Below the pieces are notes generated by a model that did not search any database, was not told the origin of the DNA, and worked only from the letters and a program-made list of their open reading frames with translations. A stretch of DNA of 64,000 nt. It comes from an uncultured virus (IMG/VR IMGVR_UViG_3300009285_001861) (lineage: Duplodnaviria; Heunggongvirae; Uroviricota; Caudoviricetes). Location: the IMG/VR virus record IMGVR_UViG_3300009285_001861; one strand, written 5' to 3'. Position numbers and translations under genes: made by a program. This document shows, piece by piece, positions 9,744-19,717 of this stretch (position 1 is its first letter; each line of letters opens with the position of its first letter).

Positions 9744-11309
9744 CCTATGACATCCAAACCAGCCGAATAATGGCCGTTTCCACCCCTCACGTCCACTAGC
9801 TTCAGGAATAGACCACCCAGGTCCTTCTGCAAAGATGCCATCAGGTTCTCGTAGGTGATGTTCCACTCATACCACATCAAGTACACAGGCTTCCCATGCT
9901 GGAAGATAACGGTCCCATTACCCTCATTCTCAGGACCCTCCCACCGAAGGTCCCGTGAGGTGATCCCCTTTTCGGACCACAGCTTGGCCCGAGCCTCTTT
10001 GTCTGTGGGGCCCCCATCAATTTCTGCCATCATGTCCCGGTAGGCTAGGTATCCACTAGGCATCACTTGCCCTCGATCTGGTCCGCTACCTTGGTGAACA
10101 TGGCAGCCAGCTCTCGAAGATCAGAGGCATGGACTCCACAATAGTCCCCACCCCTTCCCCCAATCACCATTTCAGTTGAGCCAAGCCCAAAAAACCCGCT
10201 CTCTATGTATATCTCGTGACCTATGGCCCCTTTACGGTCTCGGACCCCGATGGTGGTTCCACTGTTGCAGACGTGGATGTAGTAGGAGCCCAAAATCTTG
10301 TCCTTTTTGTTCATGGTCTTACGATACCTTGGGGTTCTTGAGTTGTTCTCGCTTCAGGTCCAAGAAACGGCGGATCGTAGACATAGTTTGTGGGGGCACC
10401 GTGGCGGCCACCCTAATCAGGGCTTCCTGATATGTGTCATCCTGTAAGCCTTCCATAGTGGCCAGGACATTGACCAGCAGGGCAGAGTAACCCGCACGGG
10501 TCTGATAGTCAGTCTCACTGCCCCTCGCGGACGTTGGGGCGGCCAACAGGAACTCAAGTCTCTCCCTGACCACACCTTGGAGGACCTTTTGACTGGCTGG
10601 GGTGAGCACATCATGGGTAGTCCTCCCCCCCAAGGTGTTCTGGATGCCCTGTAGGACACATTGCTGAATGGAGTAGACCCCACTTGCAATACCAGACTGA
10701 AGGACGGGCAGAAAATCAGTGAGGCGGTCTATTGGGTCTACAATAGAGGCTGCCCGGCGTACTGCTGACCAGATTAAAGTCTCCCGTCCTCGTAGGCGTT
10801 CCAGATCCTCACATACCCACAGGGCTTGACGCAATAGGCCCTGATAGAGTTGCATCCTGGCATAGGGGTCAAATACTTGAGTGGTCTCTGCAATGTACAG
10901 CAGGTGCCTTAACCAAGTATCTTCTGGCTCATCCTCGAAGTCCTTCGAGAGTTCCCGGATCACATATTGAAGGGCTTCCTGGTTCGCGGGATCCGCATCA
11001 AGAATTTCGTCCAGGGCATCGCATTTAGCCTCCGTAGAAGCCTTGGGCTTGTTCAAGACGCCTCCGTAGAAGCCTTGGGCTTGTTCAAGACGGTCCATGG
11101 CATCAGAGAAACTCCCGGTAGCCCTGCTTGTCCAGGACCTTGCAGAGCCGTTGGATCTTGATCTCTGCCCTCTTGTAGTCAGCTTGGACCGCCTTGAGAG
11201 CATCCGGGCTAAGGCTGGCGCCATAGTAGATAAGGGCAGCCTTCAAGTCATCCGTCTTCTTGGCCTGCTTGGAAAACTCAGGGTGGTTCGCGATGTTCTT
11301 GTACCGCAT
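9740..11309 (-). other. Four hypothetical genes (9740-10066, 10063-10314, 10319-11098, ~11103-11309)
   Basis: Tiled ORFs. Confidence 0.6.
11028..11091. repeat. Perfect 32-bp tandem duplication
   Basis: GCCTCCGTAGAAGCCTTGGGCTTGTTCAAGAC x2. Confidence 0.95.
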
Positions 11310-11391
11310 AGAGGACGTTACACCATGAGGGGGCAGCAGAAGGTGGAAAACGAGAACGGGCAGCGGAACCTTTTCGGATCCTGCCCCCAAA

Positions 11392-11465
11392 TGGAGTGAC
11401 TGGCTGGTTACGATCCAGCACTTCCGGGTTCACAGCCCAGCGGGCAACCACTACCCCACAGCCAC
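11392..11465 (-). tRNA. tRNA-His(GTG)
   Basis: CTGGG-CTGTGAA-CCCGG; encoded CCA; no encoded G-1. Confidence 0.85.
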
Positions 11466-11500
11466 AAACAAAGAGCCAGGGATTAACCGCCGGGTGCTCG

Positions 11501-11548
11501 TTACCGGCGGCAGGTCCTATGGGGTCGATGGGGGTTCGTGGTCTTCAT
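11501..11548 (-). CDS. Putative His-sensing internal leader MKTTNPHRPHRTCRR
   Basis: Short ORF directly 5' of tRNA-His; stop inside hairpin CCGCCGG/CCGGCGG. Confidence 0.55.
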   Translation of the reverse strand: MKTTNPHRPHRTCRR

Positions 11549-11568
11549 GGTCGTCTTTCAGAAACACT

Positions 11569-11642
11569 TGGAGAATCCTGTGGAAGTCGAATCCACTTAG
11601 AGAGCTTTGCAGGCTCCTCCCTGGCCGTTCGGGCAAGGATTC
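11569..11642 (-). tRNA. tRNA-Cys(GCA)
   Basis: GAGC-CTGCAAA-GCTC; U73; CCA. Confidence 0.88.
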
Positions 11643-11644
11643 AT

Positions 11645-11729
11645 TGGTGGAGTGTCCGGAAATCGAAGCCGGGCTGGCAGTGCCTCCCGGTTTACAGCCG
11701 GGACCCTTTCCACTCAGGTGCAACACTCC
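11645..11729 (-). tRNA. tRNA-Tyr(GTA)
   Basis: CCCGG-CTGTAAA-CCGGG; variable arm; CCA. Confidence 0.88.
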
Positions 11730-11763
11730 GTATATCGCGAAACTCGGCCGTCAGCCGACGCGA

Positions 11764-11796
11764 TCAATAACAGTGGTGATGCAGATGCTGGTTCAT
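11764..11796 (-). CDS. Putative His/Cys/Tyr-sensing leader peptide MNQHLHHHCY
   Basis: ATG AAC CAG CAT CTG CAT CAC CAC TGT TAT TGA upstream of Tyr-Cys-His tRNAs. Confidence 0.8.
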   Translation of the reverse strand: MNQHLHHHCY

Positions 11797-12103
11797 TTGA
11801 GGCTTGTACCTATACTACGCTTCTAGAGGACGATTAGCCAGGGAAATCGACAGGGGGCTAACGATTGGTCATGGGACCGCTGTAGGAGCACACTGCCCTA
11901 CCTGAGCCCCACCATGCTCTATGAGCTCACGTCGAGCCCAGCAACTTGTCTGGGTGGGCTCACATACCCGCACTTCGGCCCGTTGCAAGACTGTGACGAA
12001 ACACCATAAATGTCTGACCCTCGGTGGTGGCCTATGTGAGACATGATGGTTGTTGGGAAGAGAGGCAAGGAAGAGAAGGAAGCCTGTAAGGAACGTCATA
12101 CCA

Positions 12104-12730
12104 CTACTGTACCAAGAGGTCACACACATTGAAGGGAACCTCATAGTCTGCCATGTGGAAAGGCTTCCTGTTGGCAGGGGGTACGGGATCCAGGACATGC
12201 AGGATACCTCGGCGCCGATTTTGATTGGCATGCCAGACAAACCAAGCATAGTCACTGCTATCTCGATTCGTTCCTGCGAATTGGGGTCGGTCGGGTAGGA
12301 CATACATATCCGGGGCATTGTGGCCCATCAAGTGAAACCGTCCTTTGGTGCTCACGAATGACAGGCGCAGCAACATGACTACGATATTGGCAAGACCCAG
12401 AGATCGTTCAACGAATTGGGGAGCCTTGGAAAACGGTGGGTTCCCAATGACCACATCGAAGGTGCCAAGTTGGGTTTCCAAGAAGTCACCCATGTAGACA
12501 TTGGCCACTAGGGGGCGAAGGGTGGCCTCATGGGTCGGGTCGATCTCCACCGCGGACCAGTGCACATCACTTCGGTTGACAGCTCGAATGATGGCCCCTT
12601 GCCCGGCTGAAGGCTCTAGCCAATTCCCCGGTGGCAGGGAGAGGGCACCTGTTAGGGATTGGACACACCAGGGAGGTGTTGGATAGGTGTCTAGAGAGGT
12701 ACGGTCCCCACCCCTAACAGTCGCCGTCAT
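12104..12730 (-). CDS. Phage DNA amino-methyltransferase
   Basis: YPTP, LEPSAGQG (SAM binding), GNPPF catalytic motif. Confidence 0.88.
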   Translation of the reverse strand: MTATVRGGDRTSLDTYPTPPWCVQSLTGALSLPPGNWLEPSAGQGAIIRAVNRSDVHWSAVEIDPTHEATLRPLVANVYMGDFLETQLGTFDVVIGNPPFSKAPQFVERSLGLANIVVMLLRLSFVSTKGRFHLMGHNAPDMYVLPDRPQFAGTNRDSSDYAWFVWHANQNRRRGILHVLDPVPPANRKPFHMADYEVPFNVCDLLVQ

Positions 12731-12955
12731 CTATCCGTCCTATTGTCATAGTCCTCTAGGTGTTTTCTGGCAATGGGTAGGGTCTCGATGATTTCCCTCT
12801 CTCGGGACTCCTTGGAGGGCTGTTCCCAGGGGATGCCATTCGCTCGGAACATTCGTTCAAAGATGACGTGGTCCGCGTCCACCCACACTTCAGCCATCAT
12901 CCGAACCCGTAGGTCGAACCACTCCTCAGGGGTATAGCCGTTTGCTCCTGACATG

Positions 12956-13267
12956 TCACCAGCCCCGCCTCCGTTTGGATTCTCGGGACCTGATTGTCTC
13001 GCCGGGTTTGACCTTCTGGATGAACTTCCTGGCAGCCAAGAACTTCTCATTGGCCAGGAGTCCCTCAACGCTATCTAGGTTGAGAGCTTCGTTCCTCAGG
13101 TCCCGCTGGGGGAACAGGGCATGAATTTGTTTGTGGCACTCCTTACATATCAGCTCAATCAGGTCCTTGTCCTCACGACGTGTCTTGAGGTGGTGCCTCT
13201 CCAGGACCAGTTGAGGACCCACTCGGTCACAGAGGGGGCAGGGTGTTGTGGGTTGGGTTGAGTTCAT
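12956..13267 (-). CDS. Small HNH-like protein
   Basis: CPLC...HHL...CKECHKQIH. Confidence 0.7.
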   Translation of the reverse strand: MNSTQPTTPCPLCDRVGPQLVLERHHLKTRREDKDLIELICKECHKQIHALFPQRDLRNEALNLDSVEGLLANEKFLAARKFIQKVKPGETIRSRESKRRRGW

Positions 13268-13273
13268 TCTAGG

Positions 13274-13654
13274 TTACTCCCAATCCACATCTTCCACGTC
13301 TTCCTCATTGCTGAATCCAAAGGCCCCGAACTGTCGCTCCCGGGCCTTCCAAGACCAGTCTGGATCCCTTCCACGTCGTGCACTGATCACCATGCATGTC
13401 AAGCAGGCATATCCCTGCCATTCGGGCATACACCCGTAGTCCGCAACAATGAGCACTTTTGTGGTGGGCTTCCCACAGGTGCAAGTAACTTTGCCTTGAT
13501 CCTTACGCCAACAGGCAGACATCTCATCCTGGGTGGGGAATATCTTGGGCCGAGCAAAATCGCTGGTCCCGTCATACTCAAACCAGCCAACCAGCTCCCG
13601 TTCCGGATCTGGCTGGTCCGTATCCAAATAGACGCGTCCGCTTGAATGGCTCAT
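13274..13654 (-). CDS. Hypothetical protein
   Basis: Start moved to MSHSSG because the longer ORF overlaps tRNA-Ala. Confidence 0.55.
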   Translation of the reverse strand: MSHSSGRVYLDTDQPDPERELVGWFEYDGTSDFARPKIFPTQDEMSACWRKDQGKVTCTCGKPTTKVLIVADYGCMPEWQGYACLTCMVISARRGRDPDWSWKARERQFGAFGFSNEEDVEDVDWE

Positions 13655-13684
13655 GGTACCTATGGATTCTGGATCATTTGAGGG

Positions 13685-13757
13685 TGGAGCCAGCGAAATT
13701 CGAATTCGCAACTTCCAGCTTGCAAGGCTAGCACTCTGCCAATTGAGTTATGGCCCC
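13685..13757 (-). tRNA. tRNA-Ala(TGC)
   Basis: G3-U70 pair; loop CTTGCAA. Confidence 0.92.
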
Positions 13758-13780
13758 AAACGAAACGAGAAACGAAACAG

Positions 13781-13855
13781 TCGGGGAGACTGGATTCGAA
13801 CCAGCGACCCTCCGGTTCCAAGCCGGATACTCTAACCAGACTGAGCTACTCCCCG
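13781..13855 (-). tRNA. tRNA-Pro(TGG)
   Basis: CGGGGAG acceptor; loop CTTGGAA. Confidence 0.93.
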
Positions 13856-13905
13856 TGAGTCAAACCTGTTTTCAGTCGCATCCACTGGTTGAGGGTGCAA
13901 CGACG

Positions 13906-14001
13906 TTAGGCTGCGGGCGGGGCGGCTGGACCCACGCACGCCACCACGCAAGCGGCTGTCGCCGCTGGTGCTGTGTTGGTGCTGTGGGTCGAGAGGTTCA
14001 T
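13906..14001 (-). CDS. Putative Ala/Pro-sensing leader MNLSTHSTNTAPAATAACVVACVGPAAPPAA
   Basis: 10 Ala + 4 Pro in 31 codons, between promoter and Pro-Ala tRNAs. Confidence 0.78.
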   Translation of the reverse strand: MNLSTHSTNTAPAATAACVVACVGPAAPPAA

Positions 14002-14010
14002 GGTCCGTTC

Positions 14011-14038
14011 AGTATAGTGACAGGTTATAGGATGTCAA
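14011..14038 (-). promoter_or_regulatory. sigma70-type promoter of Pro-Ala operon
   Basis: TTGACA-N16-TATACT. Confidence 0.78.
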
Positions 14039-14845
14039 GTGGACTCCCCCCTACCTTACCCCCTCTGAGCCCCTCCGTGGAAGAAATCGTCCTTGTCGAA
14101 CGTTCTTTGACAGGGCGGGTGTCTGGGTCTGCCTGCCCCAACTCGATCCTCTCCACCCGAAGATCCCGGGGCTCCACGCCTTCCTGGAGTCCTACGGCCA
14201 ACCGAAGATCCGGGAGGTCCTGTACCGCCTCACCGTGGGTGTGGTAGTTAGCCGGGGTCCTTGTTCGCGGGTCCACGATGGGTGCCCAGATGTCCAGGCC
14301 TTTGCAGTTACAGACGGTGTGCCCACAACGGTGTTCCTGGTGGCCCATGAATCGCCGGATCTGGTACATTATCTTCCCCATCCAATTACACCTTGGCTAA
14401 GATCGTTGGCTAGTTCCAGCCTGGATTCAGGAGACCGGAACCTAGAAGCGTAACGGCGGGATTCCTTGACCGCACTCATGGTGGTCCACCACTCCTGGCC
14501 TGTTTCCACGCACCGGAAACCAAACCGACGGGCGAACACGTCTTCTAGAGGCTCAATTCGGCAACCATCGTGGTTGGTATCCTCATAGGCGGACACCTGT
14601 TCCAGGATCGTATCTAGCATGTCGCTCACATCGGAGTAGGTAGGGTTCCCGGAGCCCGGCTGCCTGTCCTGAACGGACTCGATGACGGGCTCATAGATAC
14701 CGGCCCGGATTTCCAAAGTACGGATGTTGCCATCTCGGCTGAGGGTGAGTTTGGCTGGACCCCCTTCCCGTCCCCTCCCAGGCTCCACATTGGTGATGGC
14801 CCATCCCACCGTAAGGGATGCTAGTGTCTCATGGAAGGTCTTCAT
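14025..14845 (-). other. Two hypothetical genes (14025-14381, 14369-14845)
   Basis: Tiled ORFs. Confidence 0.55.
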
Positions 14846-15002
14846 TAGTTTTCCTTACACGGATGCCGGAATGTCCTACATGCCTCAGCATTGAGAGACT
14901 CGGATACCTTGGCCGGGGTAACCCCTACTACAACGCCCGCAATGGAGTTCACGTTGTAGAAGGGTCCATGCTCTACTTCTACCTGCCGCCACACGACCTT
15001 TT

Positions 15003-15527
15003 TCATCCGAGTCTCCTCAATGCTCCACAGATGACCCTACCCCTGCGTTCAACCAGTTGGAACACCTGTTCGACTTCGGGCATGTAGGAGGCAGTTTTGC
15101 GGTTCTCTTGCCAGCCATCCCGGGTAGGTTTGCCAACTCCAGACATGTCCCCACAATGGACCCAGATGTAAACGGCCCCTCCAGGCTTCACGGCATTGGC
15201 TGCTCGACGCAAAACATCCAGTCGCTCTTCCAGAGTGGGTATGACGTTCAGGACATTGGCGATAGTGGCGGTATCGGCCCCCGCTGTTCTTCCGTGGCTA
15301 TCATCAAGGATTGCCCGAAGGACAGCCCTGTTGTGATCTTCACTTCGATTGCCGGGGTCCCAGACGTAGTTGGTGACCCCGTGTTCGGCCAGATACTCGG
15401 TGGCAATGTCGTACTTGCCCCCGCCGATATCGGCATTCACGTCACCGGGCTTCCAGACACCATGCTCCATAAGGTAGCGGTGCAGCTGGGGGCGGATTGG
15501 GCGGGTAGTCCTAGCAGAGTATGTCAT
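15003..15527 (-). CDS. Class I SAM-dependent methyltransferase
   Basis: DIGGGKYD, DP, ANVLNVI motifs; start MTYSAR overlaps upstream stop. Confidence 0.8.
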   Translation of the reverse strand: MTYSARTTRPIRPQLHRYLMEHGVWKPGDVNADIGGGKYDIATEYLAEHGVTNYVWDPGNRSEDHNRAVLRAILDDSHGRTAGADTATIANVLNVIPTLEERLDVLRRAANAVKPGGAVYIWVHCGDMSGVGKPTRDGWQENRKTASYMPEVEQVFQLVERRGRVICGALRRLG

Positions 15528-16121
15528 TTTCGTAGGTCCCTGTAATGCTCGGTAGCCCAATGAAAAGGGGCCCCTTCCAGGGCATACCTCATCATGTCTG
15601 ACATCTCTTCCTGGCGCTTGAACGCGCACCAATGACATGAGCCAGAAGACATGCCAATCAGGTTCTCTACGATGACCCACAGTGCAGGTTTCCCATCAAT
15701 CGTTGGGTGCTCCTTGTGGCCTGCCTCACAGTAGGACAGCCCATCCTTGTTGAGCGCCAGTATATCGCAGGACCCCACGATGATGTCCCCATACCCAGCC
15801 TCACGGCACCTATGCCTCAATTCGTTTGAGAGTATGGTGAACGCTAGGGATTGGCTCACGATACGATCCTTGGTTCACCGATAGGAACTGTTTCATCCGT
15901 GAAGATACGAGCACCCAGGAACAGAAACTCATCTAGGGTGATGCGTGACGTGAAACTCCAGATGTGTGGGTCCCCATAGAGGCGGAACCAATCTGTTGGG
16001 TTAACAAAAATCGTCATCCCTCCCCGGGGGTAGAAATGATCGATTATCTGGGCTAATTTGTGCGCGGTCAGAGGTTCGGCTAGGGGTCCTGGATCCCCGA
16101 GCTGCCTGTAGTTGGGTTCAA

Positions 16122-16694
16122 TCATGCTATGACCCCCGTAGGACAGGGACTGATGATCTGGTTTCCAAACACCTTGACTCCGGCATCTGCAAGTCGACGC
16201 CCCCATGCCCATTCATAGCCAATTCGTTTGGTATCGCAGAACAGCCCCAGGTCCTCAATAGTTCGGGTTATGGCCGCAAACTCCTCATAGCGGGGGTGAT
16301 CCTTGGCGAGGAAGAGTTCCTTACGGTGAAGGATTGGCTTGTTGGTGTACTTGGAGTAGTCTCGCTCTTTGACCGTTCCTGCCTTCAGGTCCACCGTGTA
16401 GGCATGGTTGATGGCCGGGAAGGCATCCTCGAAAAACGTAGGGTAGCACAGCAAAGAGACCACAGGCTTCCGCTGTGAAAATTTCACGATGTCAATGACC
16501 CTCTCCTGGGAGGCCGGGAGTTGGCGGTCAACAAACCCCATTGCTTGGTCCACAATGTCCCCAAGAGGTCTCCCCTCTTGGGCTGGCCACAAGGCTGAGT
16601 TGTGTAAGTACACGGACTCCCCTACCCGCTTGCCAATGGGGATGGCTTTGATGGTGGCCTTCCACACAGAGTCAGAGGGGACCCGCCTAGTCAT
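16122..16694 (-). CDS. Protein resembling the non-catalytic repeat domain of DNA phosphorothioation-associated putative methyltransferases
   Basis: GKRVGESVYLH, VSLLCYPTFFEDAFP, DYS...PILHRKELF motifs (recognised from memory). Confidence 0.6.
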   Translation of the reverse strand: MTRRVPSDSVWKATIKAIPIGKRVGESVYLHNSALWPAQEGRPLGDIVDQAMGFVDRQLPASQERVIDIVKFSQRKPVVSLLCYPTFFEDAFPAINHAYTVDLKAGTVKERDYSKYTNKPILHRKELFLAKDHPRYEEFAAITRTIEDLGLFCDTKRIGYEWAWGRRLADAGVKVFGNQIISPCPTGVIA

Positions 16695-19693
16695 GGTCGC
16701 TCTCTTTGGGCTGTTCGTAGCCTACCGCCAGCAGTAACTGGTTGGTGGACTCAATGCAGGCGTCACAGGTGCTGGACACCACATCCAGGGCGGCATCCTT
16801 GGACTCGTGGGTGGAAGCTTCTTCCCATGCTCTAATGGCCTCATGGTGTACCTTGGTGTCATCTCGATACCGGAGGACACGCAACTCAATGAGTCTGAGG
16901 CGCATGTTCTCGTCCTGAAGCCTCTCGTTCTCTTGGGCAACATCCTTCAGGTTCTCGTAGTTCAGTTCGAGGACGTGAGCATCAAAAGCCCAGGGGTGGC
17001 GGTCACACTTCCGGGGGTGGGCACCACTGCCACAATGACAGGGGACATCCTTGGCTCCAATGGAGCTCATGTATGCCTGTAATCCAAGGAGCTTGTTCAG
17101 GCTCTCCATTGAGGGGGACGCCTTCAACCCCCGTTGGTATGCCTCATGGAGGGCATCTTTGATGTCTTCCTCGTAGTGCTCTGGTTTCTCAACCAAGATG
17201 TCTCGGGCTTCCTGGAGGGCCCAGTCTTCTCGGTTGGCATATATGTATCGGTCAGTCATCGTAGAACCAGGGCCCCCAGTCCTCTTCGGGCTGTGGTTCG
17301 GGTTGCTTCGTGGTCATGGTTTCCTCGCCTTAATCCGGTCCGCAATTGCATGGGCGGCGACTTCTTTGGCTAGGTTGATTAGGGCAGCTTCCATTGTCGA
17401 GTGGGTTTTGTTCTCACTACAGGCTAGGGCATACTCTGTTGCAATCTCGGCACAGGCCTCTCGTTCCCTGAGACCTTGTGAGCGTATGGCAATGGCGAGA
17501 TTACTGGCCCGTTCTTTCGGGTCGCCGATGTCGGCAATGGCGTTTGCCACCTCGTCGATTAGATCACTCATTGGAGTCTTCCCAAACCTGCTCATAGGGG
17601 GCGAGGGCCTGTTTGCATTTCTGACAGGTAACTTCGCGGTTGTGGCTCAGGGTATAGCCATCCCGACGGTCTGGGTTCATTTCCGAGTGCTTACCACAGG
17701 CAGTGATATAGTGCCCAGTAATGTGATTGGCGGATACTACCGCATGGCTCTTATAGGTATGTCTCCGGCGGCTCCATTGAGTGTTGGTAATCCCACCGAT
17801 GCTGATGGTCAGAAGATGTTTGCATGAGATGGGGCACCATGGGGTTCTGCTGGGATCCGAGTCCACAAATTGGTACTGTGGTTTCTTGGTTCCCTTTGAC
17901 TTGGGGGCACCACTCACCTCAAGGTCCTCACCGGATAGTTCCTTACGAATATCCTCTGCCCCAATCCTACGATCCGCGGTATGGGTGGCTTTTTTGATCC
18001 CATGCCTCTCATGCTGTTTTTCCCGCTGGGACATACAGGAGCCCCAAGAGCTGCCTTTTCTGGCACTGGGTAGGGAGTTGGCCATACTCCCGGTCTTTTT
18101 TCGACGGGCTGCTGTGTCCGTAGCAAACTTGGCACTCATCGTCCCCCCAGCCTATCCCAGAGTCCATCTATGGCCCTCTGGAGTAGGCCCCGTTCCCTAG
18201 TGGCCTCTGCCAGTTGGGTAACCGCCACATCCCGTTCCTTCTCGGCTTTGATGGCAGCCTTCGTGAGAAATTCGGAGTTGGCAACCAGTCTTTTGATGGC
18301 TTCCATGGGAGGGTCTCCATGCTCCAAGAGCTCGGCAACTATTGCCTCACACTCTACCGGGGTGAGGGTGGCGGGGACATTATGGCGGGATAGGACGACC
18401 CGAGGCCTCGCTCGCTCCCATTCGAGAACTGCTATTGCGGCATTGCGGTAATTGCGCGCCATAGAAGGATCCTCTTGGACAAGATCCTCCCACTCAGCGT
18501 CAATTTCTGCTATGCTGTCATGCGCCCCCGTCTGGCACCAATAGCCCCTATAGGCCATCTTCGATGCCTCCATGATCTCTGGGGTACACTTCTGGGCGAG
18601 CTGGGCCCGTTCACGGAGGATGAGTTGGGCAACCCGTGGGGTAGTCTCCCAGCAATGGAACACCTCATTGCGATCTACGTGTAAACAGTCACCTGAGATA
18701 TAGTCATTGATTCGACGTATCCATGACTCCCGGGTCCCCCAAGCAGCTCCAATATTGGCCAGCCAATCGGCAAGGCTCTCAATGGTATCCTCCTGTGGTG
18801 GCTGAGAAACGTAGTTGTGCTTCCCGCCGGGCTCCCCGTCATCCATTCCCCCACTCATTTGATTCCGTCCATTTGATTGGGTAGCTCTTCCATTGGGATG
18901 CCTAGAGATCGGGCCAGGACCACAAATGCACATCCCCATTCGTGGTTTCCCTCTGTGTCAAGGCAGAAGGTACACTGGTAGCTGCCTCCGTCCTGTGAGA
19001 ACTCAAAAGGTGATTCCTTGCAGAGGGCACGCGCAGCCTTCTCGATTCCCTGGAGCCTCTCGGTCTCATCGAAGGACAAGGCACGAGCGGCCTGTTCGAT
19101 TTGCTGTAACCGGTCCAGTTCATTGAGGGCGGCACATATGGTCCTGCCATTGGCGTCCATCTGTTCCATGCTGGGGATTCCACTTGAACGGCTGCCTCCG
19201 TTTTCATCCCCGTAGAGTTCCGCAACAAGTACCGACCCAATGTAGATGGAGGGCGGTTTACCGCGCTCCTCCCCATCGGTGCGGCCATCATCATACGCCG
19301 CCTTCCCTGGGGTTCTGGCATCATTGAGGGCACTCAATTCCTCAAGGGTCATTCAGGGTCCTGCGCGAATGCCTGCCACCAAGCCCAGTGACCTGACACA
19401 ACTCTTAGCAGACACCAAGTGGTGGCTACAAACGAAGTGTATAGGATCACCGAAGTCCACCAGGGGGCGCTACCTGTGGTAATCCCAGCCGCAGCAATCA
19501 GGACAATACTCGTGAGTCCAAGGAGGATGCTCAGGAATATATGAGCCGCGTCCCGTTGGTCTTCTGTCCAGGGCTTGGGGAGCTTTGCCTTCTTGGCCTC
19601 AAGGGCGGTCAGGGCCGCTTGGAGCCTTTGGTTTTCGGCCTCAAGGTTTGGTTTTCGGTAGGGGTAGCCTACAGCTTGTTGTTGAAGCATCAT
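16687..19693 (-). other. Array of ~6 hypothetical genes (16687-17259, 17314-17595, ~17564-18033, ~18136-18858, 18855-19352, 19349-19693 membrane protein)
   Basis: Tiled, mostly coupled ORFs. Confidence 0.55.
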
Positions 19694-19717
19694 ATTTTGT
19701 CCTCATCCACACTCGAT

